Below, in pieces: positions 1 to 11,600 of a stretch of DNA of 42,861 bases (its first letter is position 1; each line of letters starts with the position of its first letter). Below the pieces are notes generated by a model, which had not been told where the DNA came from, searched no databases, and saw nothing but the letters and a program-made list of their open reading frames with translations. The position numbers and the translations under genes are program-made. This DNA is from Lenisia limosa (Eukaryota > Protista > Breviatea): NCBI GenBank assembly GCA_001655205.1, contig LPNZ01004383.1:1-42861 (forward strand), read 5' to 3'.

Positions 1-455
1 GTTGAGTATTACAGTATTTATCATATAATGTTATTTCATTGCATTTTTGAGGATACATAGTACTATATATTATTTTGCACGAGTGACCTTGAGAAATCAT
101 GTATCTGCAAGGATTTTGGTTTGAGTCGATTTCCGCTGTGATATTCATCATTTTTGAACCTAGGGGGAAAGAACATTTGCAGACAAATATTCCGTTCAAA
201 AGGGAGGTGATTGGAGGGGTCCTCAAACATGAGGCTAGCGAAACTGGCTTTTTTTTTATCTCTATCTTCTTTCAATTTTGTCCTTTTGTGCTAAAATTTC
301 TTTTTTATCTTTTAATTATATCATATATGAAATAGCTAATATTGCTTGAATTAATCCTTAGAGGAACTTTTCAATTTTCCAAATTTAATAATAAATTCTA
401 ACTGGGCATGTATTGATTCAAAAAAGGAAAATAACGAGAGAAAAAAGAAGAAAAA

Positions 456-2077
456 ATGATGATAATCCCTGATGATTTTGAACGGACGCAGACAATATCA
501 CTATCATATATGTACATACATGTATTTTTTTTATTTATTATATGGTATTACTTTGATACTTGTAAACGTTTAGGTTTTCCGTATGCCTCTGATTTAAGCA
601 AAAAAAGCCCCGATTCAGCGCGCAAGAAAAGGGAAAGGCTCTATCTCATTCATACACAACATCTTCAGAATTTACTTCAATTAAAAACAACCAAAAGAAC
701 ATGTGCGACAGAAGACAAAGGTTTAACACATTTTTATGACGATATAATTGATATATTTGACATTNNNNNNNNNNNNNNNNNNNNNNNNNNNNNNNNNNNN
801 NNNNNNNNNNNNNNNNNNNNNNNNNNNNNNNNNNNNNNNNNNNNNNNNNNNNNNNNNNNNNNNNNNNNNNNNNNNNNNNNNNNNNNNNNNNNNNNNNNNN
901 NNNNNNNNNNNNNNNNNNACAGATAGAAAATTCACAGATATATGGACGGTGTGATATCATATAATATGTATTAGTATATGATATGGAGAAATATTAAAAT
1001 TCACCGATCATTTGCCTTACAACTCTGTGCGCACGGCTTTCTGCGTTACTCCCACTAGACTGCAAAATGCATTTTATAGGATGATTGCAAGAATTCCATG
1101 TTATAAATGATAAACAAAGTGCTATATTTGTGTCTCACATCATATCTTAGTTTGAAGCGATATTATTGTATAATTTTTAATGATGAATTTCAGGAAAACA
1201 AGAAGAGGGCAGTTAGTGAAGGTAAGAAATGCACAAGAGGTCCTGCAAAAAGGAAGCCTGATGTGATTGTAAATAAGTTGGACATGCCTTCAATGCCTGC
1301 TTCAATTGACGTAAAGGGGGGAGGGGAAAATGTTTCAATTTCTAAATTTTGCTTATTCTATTTCAGATTCCTGGAGTTCAGATGTATAATACGCGTTCCA
1401 AAGGAAAACCTGTACCTGTAAGTTACATTTTGAACCCTCTTATGATCAGCCCACTTCCGCTCCCTACATGGATGTTGCACAAATTTTGCAGTCAACATTT
1501 CCGATGCTCCCTGCTCTTCCTGTGCTTTCTGATTCCATCCTTACTGAGGGCGAAATGGCGCCTCAACCAACTCAAGACCCTGTTTTTGCTTCGCTTCCTG
1601 GTAACCCGTTGCCTTTCCAACAAGTGAGTGTTTGTCATTTTTTCAGCTGATAGGGACATCCTGGTTTGATTGTGACAGATACAGCCAGAAGATACCGGAA
1701 ATAAAAATGAAACAGAACAACACCCCATTACAATTGAAGGTAGGTTGAAGCTGTTTTCTCTGATGTGCTATTATATAAAACAACATTGTTGAGTATGATC
1801 TTGTTCAACAAATATATTGTTCTTTGTTATTGCAAAATTGAAATACGAAAGAGTTGACATTTTAGGGGTTTCTGAACCCAGAGATAGTATTGAGCCTGTT
1901 GTCCCAAAACATATTCCAGAGATGGAGCCCGTTCTCAGAAGTAATATTGAACTGATTCCAGTTCCTCAAATAGAGGCAACTATTGAGCCAGTGATTCCTC
2001 AGCAAAATTCAGTGGTATGTCATGAGATACATTTTGACAAATTAGGAACAATAGCTGTTGAGGGAGGCAAGTTGTAG
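456..2077 (+). CDS. Hypothetical spliced gene fragment; unknown product with a Pro-rich C-terminal part; start and stop not resolved
   Basis: Open exon-like blocks flanked by GT/AG, e.g. FPYASDLSKKSPDSARKKRERLYL (~570-720), PTSAPYMDVAQILQSTFP (~1449-1623) and SIEPVVPKHIPEMEPV (~1865-2077). No recognisable domain, and an N-gap interrupts it. Confidence 0.3.
998..1053 (+). repeat. Dispersed ~55-bp repeat, copy A
   Basis: AATTCACCGATCATTTGCCTTACAACTCTGTGCGCACGGCTTTCTGCGTTACTCCC aligns to the reverse complement of 8844-8902 with 7 differences in 57 columns. Confidence 0.8.
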
Positions 2078-2832
2078 ATTTGTATTATGGATGTATTTAT
2101 TGTGTACTATAGTCACACTCATATTGTGCAGTCCTTTGATCTGTTTTATTTTTCAATTCCATATTAATCAGAAGTTCATAAATTCTTGGGCAGATCAACC
2201 CATTCTCAGCCGTATCGAGACGGTTTGGAAGGGTCAGCACAGAAAAGGGTCAGTAACCACGCAAAATTTCGCAAAAATTACGAAAAAATTTCAACCCTAA
2301 ATTCACCCCAAGTCTTGACCGAATTATATTCACTGTAATGTAAATATAATATCTTTATCCAACAGAATCATATTCTCTGCAGTGTAAATATAATATGTTG
2401 ATTATATATTCATGTTACAAGAGTCAAGATGATTGCAAAAGGAAAACCAACATTAAATGTAAAAAGTAGTACAAACCTTAAATGAAAATGATCATCAGAA
2501 ATATACCATTACAGGCGAGACAAGGAGGAATTTAAATACAGATACTCCTCTGAGGCAGAGCTGATGATCATGATCACTGGTCTAAGGGGTAGTCTGGCTG
2601 TACACTGTGAAGTGGATTATTTCTGGACTTTGTTTTCCATTATTTGTTGATGGTTTGAGAGCTACCATGGTATCGTGGACTGGGGGGAGGAGAAGGGCCA
2701 AAAGGTATCACCGGTCGCCTTTCAAATAGGTCCGGTGCAAAAGTTCATTTTAAGAGACTAACTGGGTGACCTTCTAGGAACTGGATTGTTATAAAAGTAG
2801 CTTCCTTTAATTTCAAAGTTACCTTAAAAAAG

Positions 2833-5143
2833 ATGAAGTTCTTCCTTTATCTTTTGGCCCTTGTGGCTTGTGCCATCGCCGCACCCATCGTTTCCGAAGG
2901 TTAGCTTAGGCCTTTTTTTTGACACATTTCCCCTTAATATTCTTCGCTCTTTTTTACATTTCCAGACCTCGTTAACGAGATCAACGCCAAGACTAACCTC
3001 TGGAAGGCTTCCGCTACTGGCCTCGCCGCCAAGGAGCTCGCTGAGGTTAAGCCTCTTATTGGTACCATCATCCGTCCCAACGGTGACTCTAAGCTCCCCA
3101 TCGCCGCTTTCAACGGTGCCATTGAGCTCCCCGAGAACTTCGACGCTGCTGAGCAATGGCCTGGATGCGTTCACCCTATTCGCAACCAAGCCTCTTGCGT
3201 AAGCACCATTTTCATGAGATTTGATTAGGCTTTTTTTAACTTGAAAAGATTTAAATTTATCCGTCGATTAATATTTTTTTTAGGGTTCATGCTGGGCTTT
3301 TGGTGCTTCTGAGGCTCTTTCTGACCGTTTCTGCGTCCAGAAGGGTGTTGATGTGATCCTCTCCCCTCAGGTTCGTAATATTTTTCAATCAAGATTTGTT
3401 TTACATTCTCTAGGAACTTGTTGCCTGCGACCCCAATGACTTCGGCTGCCAAGGTGGTTACCTTGACAAGGCCTGGGAGTACATGGAGTCTTCCGGTCTT
3501 CCCGCTGATACCTGTGTTCCTTACACCGCTGGTGGTGGAGATGATGGTGAATGCCTCTCCAAGTGCACTGACGGCTCCAAGAAGGTCCTCTACCACGCCA
3601 AGAACGTTCGTCAACTTCCCAACAACGAGAAGGCCATCCAGGAGGAGCTCTACAAGAACGGTCCCCTCGAGGTTGCCTTCGAGGTCTACCAGGATTTCAT
3701 GGCCTACGCTGGCGGTGTCTACCACCACACTCGTGGCGGTCTCCTCGGCGGTCACGCTGTCAAGCTCGTCGGCTGGGGTGTCGAAGATGGTGTTAAGTAC
3801 TGGAAGATTGCCAACTCATGGGGAACCGGATGGGGAGAACAAGGTTTCTTCCGCATCAAGCGTGGTGTCAACGAGTGCGGTATTGAGTCTGACGTTGTTG
3901 GTGGTGATGCCGACAAGGTTGAGAACATTGCTGTGATCGAGACCTCTTCCAAGACTCTCGTCAACCAGGAATCTCTCATTGACGCTATCAACGAGTCCGG
4001 TGCCTTCAAGGCCAAGTCTCACGAGCAGTTTGAAGGCAAGACCCTTGAGGAGGTTAAGGGCCTTATGGGTGCTAAGCTCGGCCGTCCCGCCAACTCTGCC
4101 GTGATCACTCTTCACGCTAAGAACATCCCCGACTCTTTCGACTCTGCCAAGAACTGGCCCGGTTGTGTCCATGCCGTCCGCAACCAAGCTTCTTGCGTAA
4201 GCTAAATTGATACAGTGTATTCTCTTTTTTTTTCAATTTTAATTTTGTTAGGGTTCATGCTGGGCTTTCGGTGCCTCCGAGGCTCTCTCCGACCGTGTCT
4301 GCATTGCTGGTGGCCCTGATGTTGTTCTCTCTGCTCAGGCTCTCGTCTCTTGCGACGATGGTGACTTCGGCTGCGAAGGTGGATACCTCCAACACGCTTG
4401 GGATTTCCTTGTATGAGGGTGGTCTTCTGTTTTTATATTTGTGGATGATTTATTAGATATGGACATCAGAAATACTTTGGTGACAACAAATTGGGAATCT
4501 CTCTGACACTTCACGTCTTTCAATATTTTTAACTTTGTTTCTTGATTCACCTATTAGGCCAACTCTGGTATTCCCTCCGACGAGTGCTACCCTTACACCT
4601 CCGGTGGCGGATCTGTTGCTCCCTGCAAGGAGAAATGCACTGACGGCTCTGAGATGAAGAAGTTCAAGGCTATCGGCTCTACTGTTGCTACTCTTACCGA
4701 CGAGAAGTCTATCCAGACTGCTATCATGACTGAGGGACCCGTTGAGGGTGGCTTCACTGTCTACCAGGTATGTTAAGACAATATTTTCCTTTCTCCATTC
4801 TGATTTACTTATGTTTTTGTTCTGACCTTCCAGGACTTCATGTCTTATGCCGGCGGTGTCTACAAGCACCAATACGGTGGCGTCCTTGGCGGCCATGCTA
4901 TCAAGATCACCGGATGGGGTGTTGACTCCGAGACTGGCGAGAAGTACTGGACCATCTACAACTGTAAGTGGGACATCTTATTATTTGAGTTTCGTTCACA
5001 TTTTTTATTTGCATTACTTTTCCTTTCTAATATATTCAGCCTGGGGAACCGGATGGGGTGAGGACGGTCTCTTCCGTATTCTCCGTGGCTCCGACGAGTG
5101 CGGCATTGAGAGCAACGTTGTTGCCGGATCTGCTGACATCTAA
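2833..5143 (+). CDS. CTSB-like: Cathepsin B-like cysteine protease (papain family C1A) with two complete propeptide plus catalytic units in one ORF; 8 exons, 590 aa
   Basis: Exons 2833-2899, 2966-3198, 3284-3370, 3414-4196, 4252-4410, 4558-4767, 4834-4963 and 5040-5143 splice in frame (1773 nt). There is a signal peptide ([16 protein letters not shown]), QASCGSCWAF twice, GGHA twice, and NSWG twice. Confidence 0.95.
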
Positions 5144-5789
5144 GTCGATGGTAGTTGCTTGTCTTTGATGTACTTGCAATATTATTTATTCGCATTCATC
5201 TTTTGGTGTTTCAAACAGTTATGTTGTATATCCTATTGAGATATTCGACAGCAGTAGTTTCACACTGTCATAACTAAGAGTGATTGTTCCCTGTAAGTGA
5301 ATTTGGAGTTTTAAAGGACAAACCAGTTCATCGATATCGATGATTTATACAAATGCCGTTATTTTTTGTCCATCCATCCATCAGAGTTTATTTGTTTTTG
5401 GTCACCACTACTGCCACTGTGTTGCAAGTTTGATTCAGAATTTGTTTGTTATTGATCTTTTATTATCTCGTTGGGGAGAGGTTTGAGTCAAGTCAGCTTG
5501 ATGAAATACTAGATATCAGTGTAAAAGGTAAGAAAGCCAGCGAACGCCGTGATGACCCAGCAGTAATAAGTTTACTATATAGATAGTTTACGTTTACTAC
5601 TCAATTATTGTTAATCATCTTTCGAGCATGGAGGTGGGTGAGGGAGGGGGTAAATTCGCCTTGGGGTAAATTTACGCTCATGCAACATGACATGTCTCTC
5701 TATTCTATATTGCGCCATGCTCTAGCCATGCATCTCTATTCAATTCAACCAGGAGTATGAATATTTTAAAGAATACATAATTCCTGTAG

Positions 5790-8433
5790 AAACCTCCTCA
5801 GGACAAAGAACTGCTTGAATACCTCCTTGGTGTCGATGAGGTAAGTAGGGTTTGTCAGCCCGCAATGAGATATTTTGCTAGTGGTGTTGGTACCCCCAAC
5901 TTCATTGCAGGTGACTCTTCTTGTATTTCTATCGCTTTTAATGACATGGGAGGAAAGGATTCTCCATCCATAGCCAAAATTCTGGAAAATGCGAAGATTG
6001 TCATTTGAGCAGCTGTCATCAACTGGCTTTCACTCTTCAGGGTTCACTTTCGGCCAGACATTACCAGCTTCCATTGAGTCGCGTGAATACCTACCTGGAA
6101 GCCTTTGGGCTCCTCCAAGAAAAGGAGGATGTTTACTTCCACGGCCCATCAAATTTATGGAACGATGTGAACCAACATTTTCGAGATGCAAAGATAAAAA
6201 TAACACACGAAAGCGGTGGAAACGTCAACCCTCCAGTTGAGAAGTCATCTTCCTTTCCAGATCCGGAAAACTGTAACAACCGAGTCCGGGTGAGGTAAGC
6301 AGATTCCATCCTTGTCGTCTATGATTTGGACTGAACTCACTCTTTAGAAAGTACATCTCTTATGGTCTTGATGCGGATATGCGATTGTTCTCAATTCATA
6401 GGAGGCCGTGTGGTATCCAAATTGGGTTTGAGACCCCGAAACAGTTTGAGGAGTTGCATTTATCACCTCATTGAAAATATTTGCACATTGTTACCTCCCA
6501 GGCTACAGGACTGTCTTCAGCACTTAAGTCAGTTTCTCCCTCCTCCACCAAATTTTCAGCGAGATTTCTTTCCTCCCGCTGAGCCCGATGATATTTTCAG
6601 AGTGCCATATCCTGAATTTGAATCCTACTTGTCCTGCCTGAATCATCTAGACCAATCCCCGTCTCCGGCGCTCTCCCCGCCACCATTTCCATCCACCTCA
6701 CAACCCATATTCTCTCAACCTAGTTTGAGCCCACGTACTGACTTCTCTTCCCCACAACCCCGCTTCCCTTCGGTGCAGTCCCCTCAAAGTTCCCTACTGC
6801 CGACTGTAAGTCACAAAAGACAGGCAACTTCCCACAATTCCAGCCCCGTTCAGCTTAATGAAAGAGACGTCAGGACTGATGAGTGGGTGACTATGTGTAA
6901 ACTTTATTTCTCTTTCCAGACTGAACTTTTCCTGATTAACTTCATTAGGATTGAACAAAGATTGGAGAGTGTGGAAAAACGTCTTAATGACGTTACTATG
7001 TCAAGCAGGATACATGAGCGTTGGGGGGGAGTATTTTTTGAAATACCAAAAGGGGTGCTGACAGTTTTAGGAGTACTTACTGAAACATCTCCCGGATTAA
7101 TGCATGACGTTAAACATCCTGATCATTATCGTAAGCTATTTCGACGGCTTCGGCCAGATATAACGTTTATTTTTATCTCTAAAGATCTATATCTATTATC
7201 ATATTTTTCTATACTACTGGTGCAATAGTACTTAACACATTGTATTTATTTCCCAAGATCCAGTATTTGATATTATTTCTTGTTCAAAATATTTCTTGAC
7301 ATAATATCTAATATGAATGTTGCTTGCCTATTCTATCTAAATCATATATTGGTATTATATAAATTTCAGATAGTATATTATATATCAATACTATACTATA
7401 TCAGAAAATCTATAATTGACAAGAATAAGAAATAACCGATTCTATAGAAATGGTCAACTTGAAAGACCGTTCGAAGATTCAATTCTCCAGGGATTATGAT
7501 AGAGTGAGTTCTTTTTTTTACAATTACCTCCTTCTTTTTGAAATTGGATTGTCATTTCAAAAGTAGTAATGGATATAATTTTGTCAAAGAATCTGTTTAA
7601 TGCTTTTTTTTACATTGTGAATTGGCTGGGGTTCTTTTTGTACCTATCAAGTCATTTTTGATTTGATTTAAATTTGTTGTTTATCTTTAAGGTGGTGTCT
7701 TTCCATGCTTTCATGGGACCTATTGCTGTCGTGTTTTCGGAAGATCAGATAAAAGTTTGGGAGGATTATAATCATATTTCAAGATTTACACAGATGGTAC
7801 ATGTAGTATGACAAATTTATAGAAATATCATTGTTGTATACCACCACTTCTCTTCACAAATTTTAGCTTGTTGAACAGCGAAGACCGTGTTTCTCACAAC
7901 CGTTTCGTTTTATAAATAGTAATCAAGATCGGAATCAATTTGAGACTTCTCTTAGTGAAGTTCTAATATATTATTCTAACATTGCAAACTTCAAAAAGGT
8001 TGTTGCCAAAAGGTAAGAGATAAATGAGCTCTATGAAAAGTTCCTTCTCATTCATTTGAGATTATTTAAACATTTCAGGTTTTTTGGGCGGTTTAAAACC
8101 GTGTTCTTTTTTGCAGGCCACGAGGGGGAATCGGTGGGAGGGCCATTTGTTAGGTTGGACATGAGATGCATCATATTCAATGTGTTACTTACCTTGACAG
8201 CCCCAGCTCAAATGGGCACGTACAGCCAGGGACACAAACGTCATTGTCTACGTTGACGAAGGTGGGACATGGTTGCTGACTGCAAATAATCCTTGGGGGG
8301 GGGGGGGGNNNNNNNNNNNNNNNNNNNNNNNNNNNNNNNNNNNNNNNNNNNNNNNCCACACCCTAAATCTTTAGATGATATTGAAAAGCCCTCGATATTA
8401 CCTTGGAAGAAGCTCTTGAGCAGCATATCTTGA
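5790..8433 (+). CDS. Hypothetical multi-exon gene of unknown function with a Pro/Ser-rich middle and a globular-looking C-terminus; 5' end unresolved
   Basis: A chain of phase-compatible GT-AG exons from ~6040 to TGA 8431-8433 (...RDYDRVVSFHAFMGPIAVVF...VVAKRFFGRFKTVFFFAGHEGESPQLKW...PWKKLLSSIS*). No family recognised. Confidence 0.5.
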
Positions 8434-8682
8434 TTTTCTTTTCTATTTTTTTTTTTATTTCAGTTCTACTTTCTTGTTTCTTTTTGAGTGAAAATATGTC
8501 TAATGTACTTGTACCAACGCTGATTACCCAACTTCTTCAGCAATCAACATCTGTTTAATAATTTGGGGGAGTACTTTGTCTTGTTGTGAATTAAGAGTTG
8601 AGTATGACATCCCCAAGTTGAATCGGCCACACAGCCAACATAAATATAGAATTAAAACAGACAATACACCATTCACATATAA

Positions 8683-11600
8683 CTACTGCACAACACATCC
8701 CTTCTTCGATCGCTGGACATCCTCTACATCCTTAACAAAACTCACATTCATTGCATATTATCATATATGATATGTATATGACTAGATAGATCATATAACC
8801 TGCTATATATATCGATATATATATAGCTATCTCATATGTATACTGGGGAGGCACGCAGAAAGCTGTGTGCACAGAGGTGTAAGGCAAATGATTGGGTGAA
8901 TTAATAGTATATATACTATAATCCAATATCCCTCACAAAAAAAGGTACAATATGCTGATAAGATACACTAAAAGGTACACGAACCTTCGTCGTCACCTTG
9001 CACCACTGTGCTAGGGTTCACAACTCTCGCCTCTATCTGAGAAGGATAAGATCCATCATTTTTCACCCATCCATACCTGTGGGAGATTCCATCCGAAAAG
9101 AGTGAAGATGCTCTTACGGTTCTGATAAATATACTTCTGAACCTAAAAAAAAAAAAGTAAAAAAAAAAACACGAGTACACACACACACACAAAAATAATC
9201 CTTCCAACCTCCATCATGTTTTCGTTCCGGTCAAACAGTTGAAGACATGGCTGCTCCCAGCCCCCAGTCCGTGCCTCAACTCCGATCTCTCCAATCTCAC
9301 TGGCTGACATTTTCTGGGGGAGAGAAGATAAGAAATGGACAAACAGTCAAATAGCAAAAAAAACTTCACTTAAAGGAAAAAAAAGTTAAACAGGAACCAA
9401 CCGAAATGACGTCCAAATATGCATTGACACGCCTCTGATTGCGCAACAGTATGGGGTTAAGTGTCGACGTGTAGCCTTCCTTGGAACCGAACGCAGCATC
9501 ATTTGCAAGGTTCTGGAGGACCTAGAGATGTAAGACTCATATCGCTTCGAAGGGAAATTGGATCAACCAAACCTTGGATACAACAATCAGTGCACGTGTT
9601 GCTTCACGGTTCTGCTGCTCTGCGTGGTGATAAGTTGCGGATAACAGAATATGCCAAATCAAGCTAACCGTCAATAAGGCCAGCAGCATAAGGTGTCACA
9701 AGCGCAGGGTTGATGAATCGAAGGAATAGAAATGAGCCTAAGAGGTCAGTGAATACAAAGTAATACTGGTGAACATACCAACAGCCTTGCGTCTCATGAT
9801 GGGAAGTACTTTAGTAATATTAGTGTACACGTGACTGAGGGCATAGCGCAGCGGTCTGAGTTGTTAGCTGACTGGGGGGTTTGTTGTAATAATATGTCGA
9901 AATGAGAAAGTATAAACATTCGTGAGAGCAAGAACTGTGAACAAAGCACAAAATGACTAGAATAAAAGGCCGACCCTGGGAGAGAGTCTGTCATCAATGC
10001 GTTGAGGATTCCATCAACTGCGTCTCCCACAAAGCCCAGGTTCTTGGCCACATACTCCATGCCGTGAGGTTCAGCAGGTAGACGAGAAGGATCAATCTAG
10101 ACATGTGAACTGGAATATTGTACTTTACTAGAATACGGAGCTTAATAAATATAGACACTCATTCCTTGGGCCATTTACAACATATCTACAAATGCTCTCT
10201 TCGATCGTACCTCATAATGATGGGGAGACTGCACGATAGAGAGTACAGGGTCAATGAGCACTTTTCGAAGCCATTCACGCCCGTAAACTGTGGCTAAACC
10301 AACCTGGGTGACGGGTAAAATATGTGCGTTACTTGAAAACAAAATCAAACCATCCGATTCAAGGAAGCCATATCAAAGATGGGGTATGTGTGACAACGTG
10401 ATTATACACAAAATAGGGAAATAGACGATGTAACTGCATTCTACTCACCCATGCACGCGTTGCAGCCGAATTCTCGCGGAAAAGAGTTGAAGTGTTTGAT
10501 TCCGAAGCTTGGCAGTGAGACAAAGGCGGCATTCAAAACATACTTACACCAGAGTTTTTATTTTGGTTTTAATTCTATCACCCACCCCACCCCCTTCCCT
10601 ACTCAGCATTTTGATTTCCTTCTCAATGATGTCGACGGTGAAATCTAGTGCCGAACCTCGCGCTGCCAACATACACGCAATGCCGACTGCTGACGTGGCC
10701 TAAATGATCGATAAAAAACTGTTCAACTATCAGCCCGTTGGCTCAACATCTAACACACAATATTTTGAATGAAACAGAGATGATGCATGGGGAAGTGTCA
10801 CAATTACACAGCCCTGGACCGGGGACATGGACCATACCCAGATTTCCAGCTTCTCCAAAACCCACTTTAGGGGTGGCAGCATGGTAGAGGGCTTCTGCTA
10901 CCTTGCTTCTTCCAACAATCTACATGCAGTAAGTGAGGGTAAAATGACGTAGCTTCCCAGAAAATGTCGACTTACTCTTTCCAGCATGTGTAGATCTGAG
11001 GCTGAGTGGGCTTCAGCCAGATCATGTGAACGAGTGATTGCATATCCAAACTCTACTTCAGGCTTCAAGGTCAATCATTATAACTATTTTGCCATTTTGT
11101 CAGCAAAAAAAAAACGGAAAGATAAGAAAAGGGATAGATAAGCAGAGCAATGTGGCCAACCTCCGGTTCTTCTTCAGGGATCTGGGGATCCATAATCGGG
11201 TTTAAGGGATCTTCATCTATTTCAGAACCAACAGAACTCTAAAATGTTAGAAAATTTGCATCATGTGGATAGCTTAATAGAAAACCCCGTTTACCCCTTT
11301 GAGATTCTCATTTTCGTCATACTTCCAGCTACCATGCACGCCAGCGTCACGCTCCATTTTGGCAATTCGCCGCTTTCTTTGGTCTCTCAAGCCTGGGGGG
11401 GGGGGGTAAACTTAGAAANNNNNNNNNNNNNNNNNNNNNNNNNNNNNNNNNNNNNNNNNNNNNNNNNNNNNNNNNNNNNNNNNNNNNNNNNNNNNNNNNN
11501 NNNNNNNNNNNNNNNNNNNNNNNNNNNNNNNGGAACAAACACCAATAGACTTCCGTTCGTGGGAACAAACACCAATAAACTTCCGTTCGTGGGAACAACT

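Noticed and set aside
2824-4550. Long antisense and alternate-frame ORFs over cathepsin (and similarly over PDI and eIF3a)
   Set aside because: These are shadows of strong C/T-ending codon bias in the real genes.
8095-8262. Caspase/metacaspase-like motif (FFFAGHEG...VIVYVD)
   Set aside because: There is no catalytic Cys after the Asp, and the spacing is too short for the caspase fold.
11532-11598. 30-bp and 29-bp repeats as CRISPR arrays
   Set aside because: The units are directly adjacent with no spacers, there are no cas genes, and the context is a eukaryotic intron.
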